Part shown: piece after piece, positions 39,677 to 48,546 of the stretch
Numbering within the stretch: the stretch's first letter is position 1
Layout: every line of letters begins with the position of its first letter
NCBI GenBank assembly: GCA_027355945.1
Contig: DAIEHA010000002.1
Span: 15,071 to 79,070 of the forward strand
Length of the DNA: 64,000 bases
Direction: 5' to 3'
Source: Candidatus Parcubacteria bacterium
Lineage (GTDB): Bacteria; Patescibacteriota; Minisyncoccia; UBA6257; 2-01-FULL-56-20
Notes under the pieces: generated by a model
Told to the model about the DNA's origin: nothing
Database searches by the model: none
The model's input: the letters and a program-made list of their open reading frames with translations, nothing else
Made by a program: the position numbers and the translations under genes

Positions 39677-40517
39677 GAAGACCTCTTCCTTCTTTGCGCT
39701 CGCCGCATCCGCGGCCGCATTCATCGTCCCCTCGATCTCCTTTGCCGCGGTTCAGATTTCCACATCCATCCCCGGCGGGGTATATAGCACCTCAAGCGTG
39801 GGTATCGGGGCCTATGTGGGCAATTTCTACGCATTCGCGCTCTGGGCAGGGGGTATCCTCGCTTTTGCGGTCGTCGTCTTTGGAGGGGTGAAGTACATGG
39901 TATCCGTGGGGAATCCCTCGAACCAGGAGGATGCGAAGGAATGGATCAAATCCGCGCTTCTGGGGGTCCTCCTCCTTGCAGGCGCCTACTTCATCCTCAA
40001 TCTCGTCAATCCCCAACTCACCAACCTCACCCCTCCCGCCCTTGCTCCTGTGAATCTGCAGCAGTCATTGCAGAACTCCTTCAGTGCGGTCTCGCCGCTC
40101 AATAGCACGCAATATCCGCAATCCTATAATGCCAGCCGTCTTTCTCAAGCCGGCGTGGGAGTGTTCAGCTCCGGAAATTGCAGCACGCAGAGCAATGCCG
40201 CCTGCACCAGCCTGCAGGGCATGCGCACGGATACTGTGAATGAGGTGGTGACCCTGAAAAAGGATTGCGGATGCACCGTTACCGTCACCGGAGGCACGGA
40301 AGCGGGTCATGCCGTATCCGCGAACGGTATCGATCACGCCGATGGATATAAAGCCGATCTTGCGGCGAACAGCGGGCTTACCAATTATATCGAGAGTACA
40401 TTCGCGCCCGTGGGATATCGGGGAAGCGACGGAGCCCAGCAATGGAAGGACAATACCACCGGGGCGATCTATGCATACGAACCCTGGAGCAACCATTGGG
40501 ATATCACCGTGCCATAA
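39663..40517 (+). CDS. Pilin fused to a putative Zn-peptidase (M15/LAS-like) domain
   Basis: GNPSNQEDAKEWI pilin core; C-terminal GGTEAGH, HADGYKAD (HX6D), HWD. Confidence 0.8.
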   Translation: MRFFEKTSSFFALAASAAAFIVPSISFAAVQISTSIPGGVYSTSSVGIGAYVGNFYAFALWAGGILAFAVVVFGGVKYMVSVGNPSNQEDAKEWIKSALLGVLLLAGAYFILNLVNPQLTNLTPPALAPVNLQQSLQNSFSAVSPLNSTQYPQSYNASRLSQAGVGVFSSGNCSTQSNAACTSLQGMRTDTVNEVVTLKKDCGCTVTVTGGTEAGHAVSANGIDHADGYKADLAANSGLTNYIESTFAPVGYRGSDGAQQWKDNTTGAIYAYEPWSNHWDITVP

Positions 40518-40538
40518 ATCCGATCGATGCAAACAATC

Positions 40539-41228
40539 ATGAAAAAATTATTCATTGTTCTCGGAGTGCTCGCGGCGGGCGTGGCGGTATGGTTCATTGC
40601 ACGGGGTGCGGCTCCTGCGTCCGCGCAGGGACTTCCTCCTCCTTCTGCCGCCCCCACTCCCACTCCTGTTCCCGCTCCTGTTCCCGTAAGCGCGGTGCCG
40701 ATCTATCAGACATCCACGGCTGGCGCGAATGGGGGAGGATCTTCTTCAGGGTCCCCCGTGCATGCGGTGCCGATCTATCAGACATCCACGGCTGGCGCGA
40801 ATGGGGGAGGCCTTTTGGGTACGGCAGCGCCGGTTGCGGGAGCTTCGGGAGGAGGGGCGCTCGGTCTCGTTCCCGTCTATAAGGTTCCCAGTTCTTCCGT
40901 GATCACGATCCAAACCCAATCGGGCGGCATTCCGTTGAATAATTTCTATTCTTCCGCGCTCGGAGCCCAGGATGAATTCGTGGTGCTCGCGCGAACGGGT
41001 TCTTATGAGATAGATTACGATACCTATACCAGCGGATTCGACATCGATATCCTCGGCGGCTCGCTCAGTGCGGATCAACCCCCCGCAGAGGCCGCGTTCC
41101 TTGCCATGCTTGGCATTGCTAAGACAAACGCCTGTCGTCTTACGGTTGCGGTGAGCGAGACGGCGGTAAGCAGTACCATGCGGCTCCCCCTGAGTTTCTG
41201 CGCCTCATCGTCGGCCTTTTCGCAATAA
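40539..41228 (+). CDS. Membrane-anchored Pro/Gly-rich hypothetical protein
   Basis: N-terminal TM, internal duplication, C-terminal AC...FC domain. Confidence 0.75.
   Translation: MKKLFIVLGVLAAGVAVWFIARGAAPASAQGLPPPSAAPTPTPVPAPVPVSAVPIYQTSTAGANGGGSSSGSPVHAVPIYQTSTAGANGGGLLGTAAPVAGASGGGALGLVPVYKVPSSSVITIQTQSGGIPLNNFYSSALGAQDEFVVLARTGSYEIDYDTYTSGFDIDILGGSLSADQPPAEAAFLAMLGIAKTNACRLTVAVSETAVSSTMRLPLSFCASSSAFSQ
40692..40810 (+). repeat. Perfect 47-bp in-frame direct repeat (72-bp period)
   Basis: GCGGTGCCGATCTATCAGACATCCACGGCTGGCGCGAATGGGGGAGG at 40692-40738 and 40764-40810. Confidence 0.95.
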
Positions 41229-41259
41229 CATCCATTTGCTGGTGGTGTATAATTAAGCC

Positions 41260-41703
41260 ATGGCCCCAAAAAAGAGAAACAACTGGAGAAGGAATATCAT
41301 GCTGGGGGCGGCTTTGCTTTCATTGGGCATTCTCCTGGCCGCATCGGGGGGGGTTGTGCATGCGCAAACCAACGATAGCAATGTGAATAATCTTATGAAT
41401 ACTCTCCGGGGTCATCCCAGCTCGGGAGGGTCCTCCCAGGTCACGCTCTTCGACCCTCTCCAGGGCCAGGGTTTCAGCGCCATTCTTGCGAGCGTAGTGA
41501 ATTTTCTCGTTGTCGATATCGCCATTCCGCTCACCTCCATTATGGTGCTCGTCGGGGCGTTCCAGATGATCACCTCCTCCGGCGATCCCGAGAAGTACGG
41601 CAAGGGAAGGAAGACGCTTCTCTGGGCCGCGATCGGGTTCGTGGTCTCCCTCGTTGCCACAAGCGTCGTGACGCTTATCAGGGGGATCTTCGGGGTGGGG
41701 TAG
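41260..41703 (+). CDS. TrbC/VirB2-like pilin
   Basis: SSGDPEKYGKGRKTLLWAAIG between two TMs. Confidence 0.87.
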   Translation: MAPKKRNNWRRNIMLGAALLSLGILLAASGGVVHAQTNDSNVNNLMNTLRGHPSSGGSSQVTLFDPLQGQGFSAILASVVNFLVVDIAIPLTSIMVLVGAFQMITSSGDPEKYGKGRKTLLWAAIGFVVSLVATSVVTLIRGIFGVG

Positions 41704-41740
41704 GTTCGATCGGATAACAGGTCGTCATCCAAGAAAACAA

Positions 41741-42205
41741 ATGAACAAACATATTTTACAGATAAGATCATCGGTGCAGAGGGCAACTTCGTTCCTGATC
41801 ATACTCGGAGGGGTTGCGGCGGCACCTCTCGCATTCGCCCAGGGTGCCGGAGGCCTTGGCGGATTGGACACGAGCGTGTTCAATAGCGGTCAGCCGACCG
41901 TGACGTACGGGGGAGCCGCCCCATCCCTTTCTTTGAGCAGTGCAAGCGATGTGGTGAACAAGATATTATGTCCCACCTTCAGCCTGATGTTCTGGATACT
42001 GATGGCGGTTTCCATGATCATGGTCCTCATGGCGGGATTCCAATATGCCACGGCCGGGGATGATACCGAAAAGACCACGAAGGGAAGGAAGACGCTTACC
42101 TGGGCCGCCGTCGGCATCGTAGTGGCGCTTTCCGCCAAGGCATTCCCCGTGCTCGTAGCAAGCATCTATGGAGTGACTGGTGTTCTTCAGTGCGCAGCCT
42201 TCTAG
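41741..42205 (+). CDS. TrbC/VirB2-like pilin
   Basis: AGDDTEKTTKGRKTLTWAAVG between two TMs. Confidence 0.87.
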   Translation: MNKHILQIRSSVQRATSFLIILGGVAAAPLAFAQGAGGLGGLDTSVFNSGQPTVTYGGAAPSLSLSSASDVVNKILCPTFSLMFWILMAVSMIMVLMAGFQYATAGDDTEKTTKGRKTLTWAAVGIVVALSAKAFPVLVASIYGVTGVLQCAAF

Positions 42206-42273
42206 TTTGCCCGTATCTCTAAATGGAGTATACTGGAAGGGTAACGTGAAAGGTCGAGTTATCGAACAAGCTT

Positions 42274-42669
42274 ATGGATAAAGCGATCAGTTTTGCGAAA
42301 AAAGTTGGCCCCACCATGATTTCTTTCGTGGTGCCTGCCCTTGCGTTTGCGCAGGGCATTCAGAATCCGCTGCCCGGTACGGGGGTGAGCAATGTTCCTG
42401 TTGCCAATATCACGAGCCTGCAGTCCATCCTCAACGATCTCTGCGTCGTGTTTGCCTGGATGTTCTACTTCTTGATCGTGGTGGCAATCATCTTCGTCGT
42501 CGTTGCGGCATTCAAGTATCTGACCGCAGGAGGCGATCCGGAGAAGGTGAAGAGCGCAGGAGCAACCCTCCTCTATGCCGCGGTCGCGATCGGTGTTGCG
42601 CTTCTCGCGAAGGCAATCCCGCTCGTCGTCGGAAACTTCCTCGGAGCAGGTACGGTCACGTCCTGCTAG
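42274..42669 (+). CDS. TrbC/VirB2-like pilin (possibly the major subunit)
   Basis: AGGDPEKVKSAGATLLYAAVA; own TATACT promoter upstream and hairpin downstream. Confidence 0.88.
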   Translation: MDKAISFAKKVGPTMISFVVPALAFAQGIQNPLPGTGVSNVPVANITSLQSILNDLCVVFAWMFYFLIVVAIIFVVVAAFKYLTAGGDPEKVKSAGATLLYAAVAIGVALLAKAIPLVVGNFLGAGTVTSC

Positions 42670-42799
42670 GCGGAAAGTTCCATCGTGGAATCATGCGAAA
42701 TCCCGCAGCAATGCGGGATTTTGTTTTGCATCCTATTAAGACAAAAATTTACCCCGCATGCGTCGACGTTGTGCGTCATTGCATGCGGGGCTGATGATC

Positions 42800-43279
42800 T
42801 CATTGGGCGGCGCTCCATACTGCCACCCAGACGATCGCTGCCGCGAGAAGCAATACTATCATGATCCCGCCTTCCACTTCGACATTTTTATTCCTGTACC
42901 AGGGCCGTGTAGCCCTGGGAGCGGACGGGGCAGGAATCATCGGGATCGGCAGTTTTGCGACGTGGTATCTTGCCGCAATCTTGCGCCGTTCATCCCACCG
43001 CGATGACTCCATCTGATGAGGGTCATTCTTTCCGCCAACCCTCACCGACATTACATGGAACTGCTGCTTCTCCTCGGTCACCTTCACGGCGACCGAAGCG
43101 GGGACGTAGATCCCCTCTTCTTTTAGATGGATGAGGACTTTCATTGTGAATTCCCCATCCTCCGTCATTTTGAATACTTTTTTCGCACGCTTCTCGAGCG
43201 CGCTCGAGAGAGGGTCTACCAATGGCCCTCCCAGTTTTTCTGCGACTTTTCGCCGCAGAAGTTCCAACCAAGAGAACAT
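42800..43279 (-). CDS. Hypothetical protein with C-terminal TM
   Basis: GAGGAGG SD and AT-rich TTGACA/TATAAT promoter. Confidence 0.65.
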   Translation of the reverse strand: MFSWLELLRRKVAEKLGGPLVDPLSSALEKRAKKVFKMTEDGEFTMKVLIHLKEEGIYVPASVAVKVTEEKQQFHVMSVRVGGKNDPHQMESSRWDERRKIAARYHVAKLPIPMIPAPSAPRATRPWYRNKNVEVEGGIMIVLLLAAAIVWVAVWSAAQ

Positions 43280-43393
43280 GGTTCCTCCTCTGTTCTTCGC
43301 GCCGTCGTGCTGCGCTACTACATTATATATCATATATAATATATTTTGTCAAATATCACGGTATGGGTTAGGATAAAGGTCGTGGTACTGTCT

Positions 43394-43474
43394 GCTGGGG
43401 TGGCGAAATGGCAGACGCACCGGCTTTAGGAGCCGGCGCCGCAAGGCATGTGGGTTCAAGTCCCACCCCCAGCA
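43394..43474 (+). tRNA. tRNA-Leu(UAG)
   Basis: GCTGGGG/CCCCAGC, CCGGC-TTTAGGA-GCCGG, long variable arm. Confidence 0.95.
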
Positions 43475-43596
43475 CATCGAAGTCCGGCGAGCGCGAGCAG
43501 AGCAACACGGGCGAGTATCTGCTTCACTGTATCTTCCGATAGCGTGACGATTAAAAAATAGACCCCCGTCCACGGATTTTCGTGGAGGGGGGTCTC

Positions 43597-43974
43597 TCAT
43601 GCGTCCAGCGCGGTACGCAATTTGTTCAACATCTGCTTGATCGATCTTCCCGCCGCCTTCTGAAGCAGCGGGTTTTCCATCACCGACGCAATCTCTTCTT
43701 CGGTAAGGCCCAACTTCTTCGAAAGGAATTCGGTCGCAGTATTTCCATTGGATTTGCTGCGATCGTCAAACTCGATGCCTTCTCCGAGAAGTGATTGTAT
43801 CGCACCCCGATATTTCAGGGTGACGGTTCGATCTCCCGATTCCCACCGGGAGATCAGGCTTGCAAAGCTCACCACCGATGTTTTCGAGCGCATGTTGGGG
43901 ATCAGTGGAAAGAGCTTTTCCGCGAATTCACGTATTCCCCATCCTTTTGCAACGCGTGCTTCCTTGAGAAGCAT
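43597..43974 (-). CDS. XRE-family helix-turn-helix protein
   Basis: LKEARVAKGWGIREFAEKL...ISRWESG; AAGGAG SD. Confidence 0.75.
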   Translation of the reverse strand: MLLKEARVAKGWGIREFAEKLFPLIPNMRSKTSVVSFASLISRWESGDRTVTLKYRGAIQSLLGEGIEFDDRSKSNGNTATEFLSKKLGLTEEEIASVMENPLLQKAAGRSIKQMLNKLRTALDA

Positions 43975-44181
43975 AGTGCTCCTTTCGTCGAGAGAGGCCC
44001 GACGACAGATTTTATTATATTACATAATCAGTATTTTGTCTATATATTCTCCTGGATGCAGGAGTTTTGATCGAGGCGTATCGCGGTGCACTCAGCGTTC
44101 CTGCGTCATTCTTTCATCGATCGTGATGACTCCCGCGGTGCTGCATGCCGCGATCGGCGCCGCGGCACATCCTTTTTCATG

Positions 44182-45132
44182 CTATTGCTGCCTGCCGTGG
44201 AACTTCTCATGCACCTCGCGAAGCTGTTTGTTCGTGAGATGGGTATAGATCTGCGTGGTTGCAATGTTCGCATGGCCGAGCAGTTCCTGGACGGAACGGA
44301 GGTCGGCGCCGTTTATGAGAAGGTCGGTCGCAAAGCTGTGGCGGAGGAGATGGGCGTGGATGCGTTCGGGGATGCCCGCTTCCTTTGCGCGGCGTTCCAC
44401 GATCCGCTGGACGGCGCGATGGGTGATCGGGCCGATCGCTTTGTCCATCCTGTCCAGGCTCACGAACAATCTTTCTTCCGGATCGGTGCGCATATCGAGA
44501 TAGGTTTTTATCGCATCGCGTGCGCGGTCGGAGATGAATACGACGCGCAGCTTGTCGCCTTTGCCCCGCACGGAGATCTCGCCGCGCTTCCAGTCGGCAT
44601 ACCGCGAGAGCGCACAAAGCTCGGCGAGGCGAAGTCCCGTCGAAAAGAACGTTTCAAGGATCGCGCGGTCCCGCAGATCGCGGAGCGAGGGGGCGCGTTT
44701 TTTTGCGGCTGCCGATGCGAGCGGTGCCTCGAGGAGCCGGACGAGGTCCTCTGGTCGTATCGTCTCGATCTGGCGCGAACCGATCTTCGGCAATTCGATC
44801 TTTTCCGCGGCGAGCGTCTCGATGTCGCGCTTGCGCAGGAATTTGAGAAAGTTGCGGATCGCGATCACGTAATAGCCCTGTGTCACTTTTTTGAGCCCTT
44901 GTTCGTCGAGTGAGTTGCGGAAACCGCTTACGAGATCGATCGTGATGTCGGAGGGGGATGATATCCCCGTAAATTCAACGAATTTGCCGAGGCAGCGTCC
45001 GTAGTTTTCACGCGTCTTCCTTGAGCGGTTCTTTTCGACGGTAAGATAGTTGAGATAGGTGCGGACCCATCGTTCGAGTTCTGTGCGCGGTGCAGGCTCT
45101 TTTTCGGGCATTCGTTCCTTTGGCGGAGGCAT
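44182..45132 (-). CDS. Tyrosine recombinase (XerC/XerD-like)
   Basis: TGLRLAEL, VRGKGDK, HLLRHSFAT, LLGH, TTQIYTH. Confidence 0.95.
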   Translation of the reverse strand: MPPPKERMPEKEPAPRTELERWVRTYLNYLTVEKNRSRKTRENYGRCLGKFVEFTGISSPSDITIDLVSGFRNSLDEQGLKKVTQGYYVIAIRNFLKFLRKRDIETLAAEKIELPKIGSRQIETIRPEDLVRLLEAPLASAAAKKRAPSLRDLRDRAILETFFSTGLRLAELCALSRYADWKRGEISVRGKGDKLRVVFISDRARDAIKTYLDMRTDPEERLFVSLDRMDKAIGPITHRAVQRIVERRAKEAGIPERIHAHLLRHSFATDLLINGADLRSVQELLGHANIATTQIYTHLTNKQLREVHEKFHGRQQ

Positions 45133-45243
45133 GATTTCATTATACCTCCATCTGTCGCACAATGTGATAGCGTCGTATCGGTACGACGGGGATATGACGC
45201 GGACCCCTTGCTAAATTTTCCGGAATAGGTTATCATATCATCA

Positions 45244-45510
45244 ATGCTTACCAAAAGAGTTAAATCCCGCATCGTCGGGGAAAATAAGACCCACGATAAG
45301 GATACGGGTTCCGCCCAGGTTCAGATCGCGATGACGAGCCGTCAGATCGACGAGCTTGCGGCCCATCTCAAAAAGAATCCGAAGGACAATCACTCGCGCC
45401 GCGGTCTTTTGAAGATGGTTTCACGAAGGCGCAAGCTTCTTGCATATCTGAAGAAGCATGAACCTTCCTCCTACGAAAAGTTGATCAAGAAGCTCGAACT
45501 TAAGAAATAA
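45244..45510 (+). CDS. rpsO: 30S ribosomal protein S15
   Basis: DTGSAQVQIA, HL...PKDNHSRRGLLKMV. Confidence 0.98.
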   Translation: MLTKRVKSRIVGENKTHDKDTGSAQVQIAMTSRQIDELAAHLKKNPKDNHSRRGLLKMVSRRRKLLAYLKKHEPSSYEKLIKKLELKK

Positions 45511-46166
45511 TGAGACAGCGTGCGGCCAATTCCAACCAGCGGGTTGGAATTTTCGTTGATGTGTCGAATCTCTACCATTCGGCGAAGAATCTCTATCAAG
45601 GCAGGGTGAACTATGCCGAGCTTATCAAGCATCTTGTGGCTGATCGGCAGCTCATCCGGGCAATGGCGTATGTCGTGAAAAGCGAGGGCATCGAGCCTCA
45701 GCATTCCGCGCGCGATGAAAAGGGACAGCAAGGGAGGGGGCGGTCCCTCCATTCCACAGGATCCTTTGCGGCCCCTTCGGCATCCGCCGATGCGAGCGCG
45801 GGCGGCGGATCCTCCGAGGCAAGCTTCTTTGAGGCTCTTGAGAAGGCGGGATTCGAGCTCCGGATGAAGGACCTTCAGATCTTTGCGGGAGGTATGAAGA
45901 AGGGCGATTGGGACGTTGGCATCGCGGTGGATGCCATTCGGATGATGCCGTCGCTCGACGTCGTCATTCTTGTGACGGGCGACGGCGATTTCGTGCCGCT
46001 CGTCAACTATCTGAAATGGGCGGGAGGGTGCGTGGTCGAGGTCGCCTCATTCAGGCGGAGCGCATCATCGAAGATCGTGGAGGCGGCGGACGAGTTCATC
46101 AACATCGAGACGATCCCGCGCGCGGTCATGAAGACGCGGTATCGGCGGACTCCGGTGGAGAGGTAG
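45510..46166 (+). CDS. NYN/LabA-family PIN-like nuclease
   Basis: IFVDVSNL, KGDWDV, VTGDGDFVPL. Confidence 0.92.
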   Translation: MRQRAANSNQRVGIFVDVSNLYHSAKNLYQGRVNYAELIKHLVADRQLIRAMAYVVKSEGIEPQHSARDEKGQQGRGRSLHSTGSFAAPSASADASAGGGSSEASFFEALEKAGFELRMKDLQIFAGGMKKGDWDVGIAVDAIRMMPSLDVVILVTGDGDFVPLVNYLKWAGGCVVEVASFRRSASSKIVEAADEFINIETIPRAVMKTRYRRTPVER

Positions 46167-46199
46167 ATCAAAAAAATAACCGAGGTGCGATAAAGGGAG

Positions 46200-46268
46200 G
46201 TCATTCCGAGCGGTGTGTGCGATCCGCGGCAGGTGCTGCGAGGGATCGTACCCAGCGCTCAGGATGAC
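46200..46268. repeat. Long imperfect hairpin upstream of pnp
   Basis: GTCATTCCGAGCG ... CGCTCAGGATGAC terminal arms. Confidence 0.65.
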
Positions 46269-46301
46269 ATTGCTCCCGAGGTTCGCGCTTCATACTGCAT
46301 A

Positions 46302-48455
46302 ATGCTGCAAGGAAAGGAATTTTCGACGGAGATTGCGGGAAAGAAACTTACGATCGAGGTGTCCTCCCTCGCCGAACAGGCGAATGCCGCGGTCATCGCG
46401 AGATACGGCGACACGGTGGTGCTTGCGACGGCCGTCATGGGGCGCAAGGACGTGGACCTCGATTATATGCCCCTCAAAGTGGATTATGAGGAGCGTTTCT
46501 ATGCTGCGGGGAAGATCATCGGAAGCCGATACGTACGCCGCGAGGGGCGCGCCTCAGAGGAGGCGATCCTTGCCGGCCGTCTCGTGGACCGCACGATCCG
46601 TCCTCTGTTCGACGGGCGCATGCGCCGCGACATCCAGGTCGTCGTGACTGTTTTACAGATCGATGAAGAGAACGATCCGGAGTTCGTGGGGCTTCTCGGC
46701 GTCTCGACCGCGCTCTTCATCTCGGACATCCCGTGGAATGGTCCGGTCGCAGGCCTGCGCGTGGCGCAGTTCCCCGCGGATGATACGAATCCGGCCCCTT
46801 ATTTCAGGATCAACCCCGACAATTCCTACGTGAAATCCCATGAGCCCATCTTCGATGCGTTCGTGTCCGGTTCGCGCGACAGGATCAATATGATCGAGCT
46901 CGGCGGTCTCGATGCCCAGGAGAAGGACATGGTCGCCGGCTTTACGCTCGCGCAGCAGGATATCAACACGTTGATCGCATTCCAGGAGGGGATCCGCAAG
47001 GAGATCGGCAAGCCGAAAACGGAGGTGGCATATGCGGAGCCGGATGCGGAACTGAAGGCCGCCATCCAATCCTATCTTTCCGAGGGCGACAAGCTTGAAA
47101 AGGCGGTCTATCAGCCTACGAAGATGGAGCACGCAAGCGCGATCGGAGCGCTTAAGACGGCGATGTTCATTCATCTGAGGGATACCTTCGAAGCGAACGG
47201 CAAACCGGTGAACTGGAAGGCCGCAGACATGATGTTCGAGGACGAGATCAACGATCTCGTGCACAAGAACGTCATTGAGCGCGATCTCCGCCCCGACGGC
47301 CGCAAACTCGATGAGGTGCGGCAGCTTACGACCGAGGCGGGCGTCCTTTCGAGGACGCACGGTTCAGGCGTCTTCGTGCGCGGCAATACGCAAGCGCTTG
47401 CGGTCGTGACCCTCGCCCCTCCGGGCGCGGAACAGATAATCGAAACGATGGAGACCGACGCCAAACGGCGTTTCATGCTCCATTATAACTTCCCGCCGTT
47501 TTCCGTGGGCGAGATAGGGAACTTCCGAGGTCCCGGCCGCCGCGAGATCGGGCACGGCAATCTTGCGCGCAAATCGCTCGAACGCCTCATTCCCACGAAA
47601 GAGGAGTTCCCGTACACGATCCGCGTGGTATCCGAGATCATGTCTTCGAATGGATCGTCCTCCCAGGCGACGGTCTGTGCGGCATCGCTCGCACTCATGG
47701 ATGCGGGCGTGCCCCTCAAGAAGCCGGCTGCTGGCATCGCGATGGGCCTTATGATGGCCTTCAATGCGGATGGCATCGCCGACGTCGGACACTATAAGGT
47801 ACTCACCGACATCCAGGGTCCGGAGGACCATCATGGCGATATGGACCTCAAGGTTGCCGGTACTGCGGACGGCGTGACGGGAATGCAGATGGATGTGAAG
47901 GTGGATGGTCTTACGATAGAGATCCTCGGCAAGGCGTTCGCCCAGGCCCGTGATGCACGCCTCCATATCCTCAATGCCATCGTTGCCACGCTTCCGAAAC
48001 ACCGCGATCGGCTTTCGCCGTTCGTGCCGACCATCCGCCAGTTCAAGATCGATCCTTTGAAGATCGGCATGGTGATCGGCCCCGGTGGTAAAATGATCAA
48101 CGGGCTCATCGCGAAGTACGAGCTCGCCGGCATCGATATCGAGGAGGACGGAGGAGTGTTCGTATCCGGCACCAAGCTCGAGAACGTCGAGGCTGCGGTC
48201 GCGGAGATCATGGGGATGACCCGCGAGTACAAAGTGGGCGAGATCGTGGAGGGCAACGTGGTGAAGATCCTCGAGTTCGGCGCCATCGTCGATATCGGCG
48301 GCGGCCGCGACGGCATGATCCACGTATCGGAGCTCAAACCCGGTTTCGTGAAGAAGGTTGAGGACGTGGTGAAGCTCGGCGATTTCGTCCGCGCAAAGAT
48401 CATCAAGGCGGAAGACGGCAAGATCGGTCTTTCACTCAAGCAGATGCAGGAATAG
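46302..48455 (+). CDS. pnp: Polyribonucleotide nucleotidyltransferase
   Basis: RLVDRTIRPLF, RREIGHG, SNGSSS, DMDLKVAG; KH and S1 domains. Confidence 0.98.
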   Translation: MLQGKEFSTEIAGKKLTIEVSSLAEQANAAVIARYGDTVVLATAVMGRKDVDLDYMPLKVDYEERFYAAGKIIGSRYVRREGRASEEAILAGRLVDRTIRPLFDGRMRRDIQVVVTVLQIDEENDPEFVGLLGVSTALFISDIPWNGPVAGLRVAQFPADDTNPAPYFRINPDNSYVKSHEPIFDAFVSGSRDRINMIELGGLDAQEKDMVAGFTLAQQDINTLIAFQEGIRKEIGKPKTEVAYAEPDAELKAAIQSYLSEGDKLEKAVYQPTKMEHASAIGALKTAMFIHLRDTFEANGKPVNWKAADMMFEDEINDLVHKNVIERDLRPDGRKLDEVRQLTTEAGVLSRTHGSGVFVRGNTQALAVVTLAPPGAEQIIETMETDAKRRFMLHYNFPPFSVGEIGNFRGPGRREIGHGNLARKSLERLIPTKEEFPYTIRVVSEIMSSNGSSSQATVCAASLALMDAGVPLKKPAAGIAMGLMMAFNADGIADVGHYKVLTDIQGPEDHHGDMDLKVAGTADGVTGMQMDVKVDGLTIEILGKAFAQARDARLHILNAIVATLPKHRDRLSPFVPTIRQFKIDPLKIGMVIGPGGKMINGLIAKYELAGIDIEEDGGVFVSGTKLENVEAAVAEIMGMTREYKVGEIVEGNVVKILEFGAIVDIGGGRDGMIHVSELKPGFVKKVEDVVKLGDFVRAKIIKAEDGKIGLSLKQMQE

Positions 48456-48494
48456 CCCGGAAGAGCCGTGCAAGCATCCCTTTCGGGGATGCGT

Positions 48495-48527
48495 AAAAAG
48501 GACCCTCGTTATACAAGGGTCCTTTTT
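48495..48527. terminator. Bidirectional terminator after pnp
   Basis: AAAAAGGACCCT...AGGGTCCTTTTT. Confidence 0.75.
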
Positions 48528-48546
48528 CTTATGAGATCAGATCGGG

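Noticed and set aside
44182-45132. Tyrosine recombinase as the integrase of an element at tRNA-Leu
   Set aside because: It looks like a housekeeping Xer next to rpsO-pnp, and I found no duplicated tRNA-Leu 3' end. A trans role at tRNA-His cannot be excluded.
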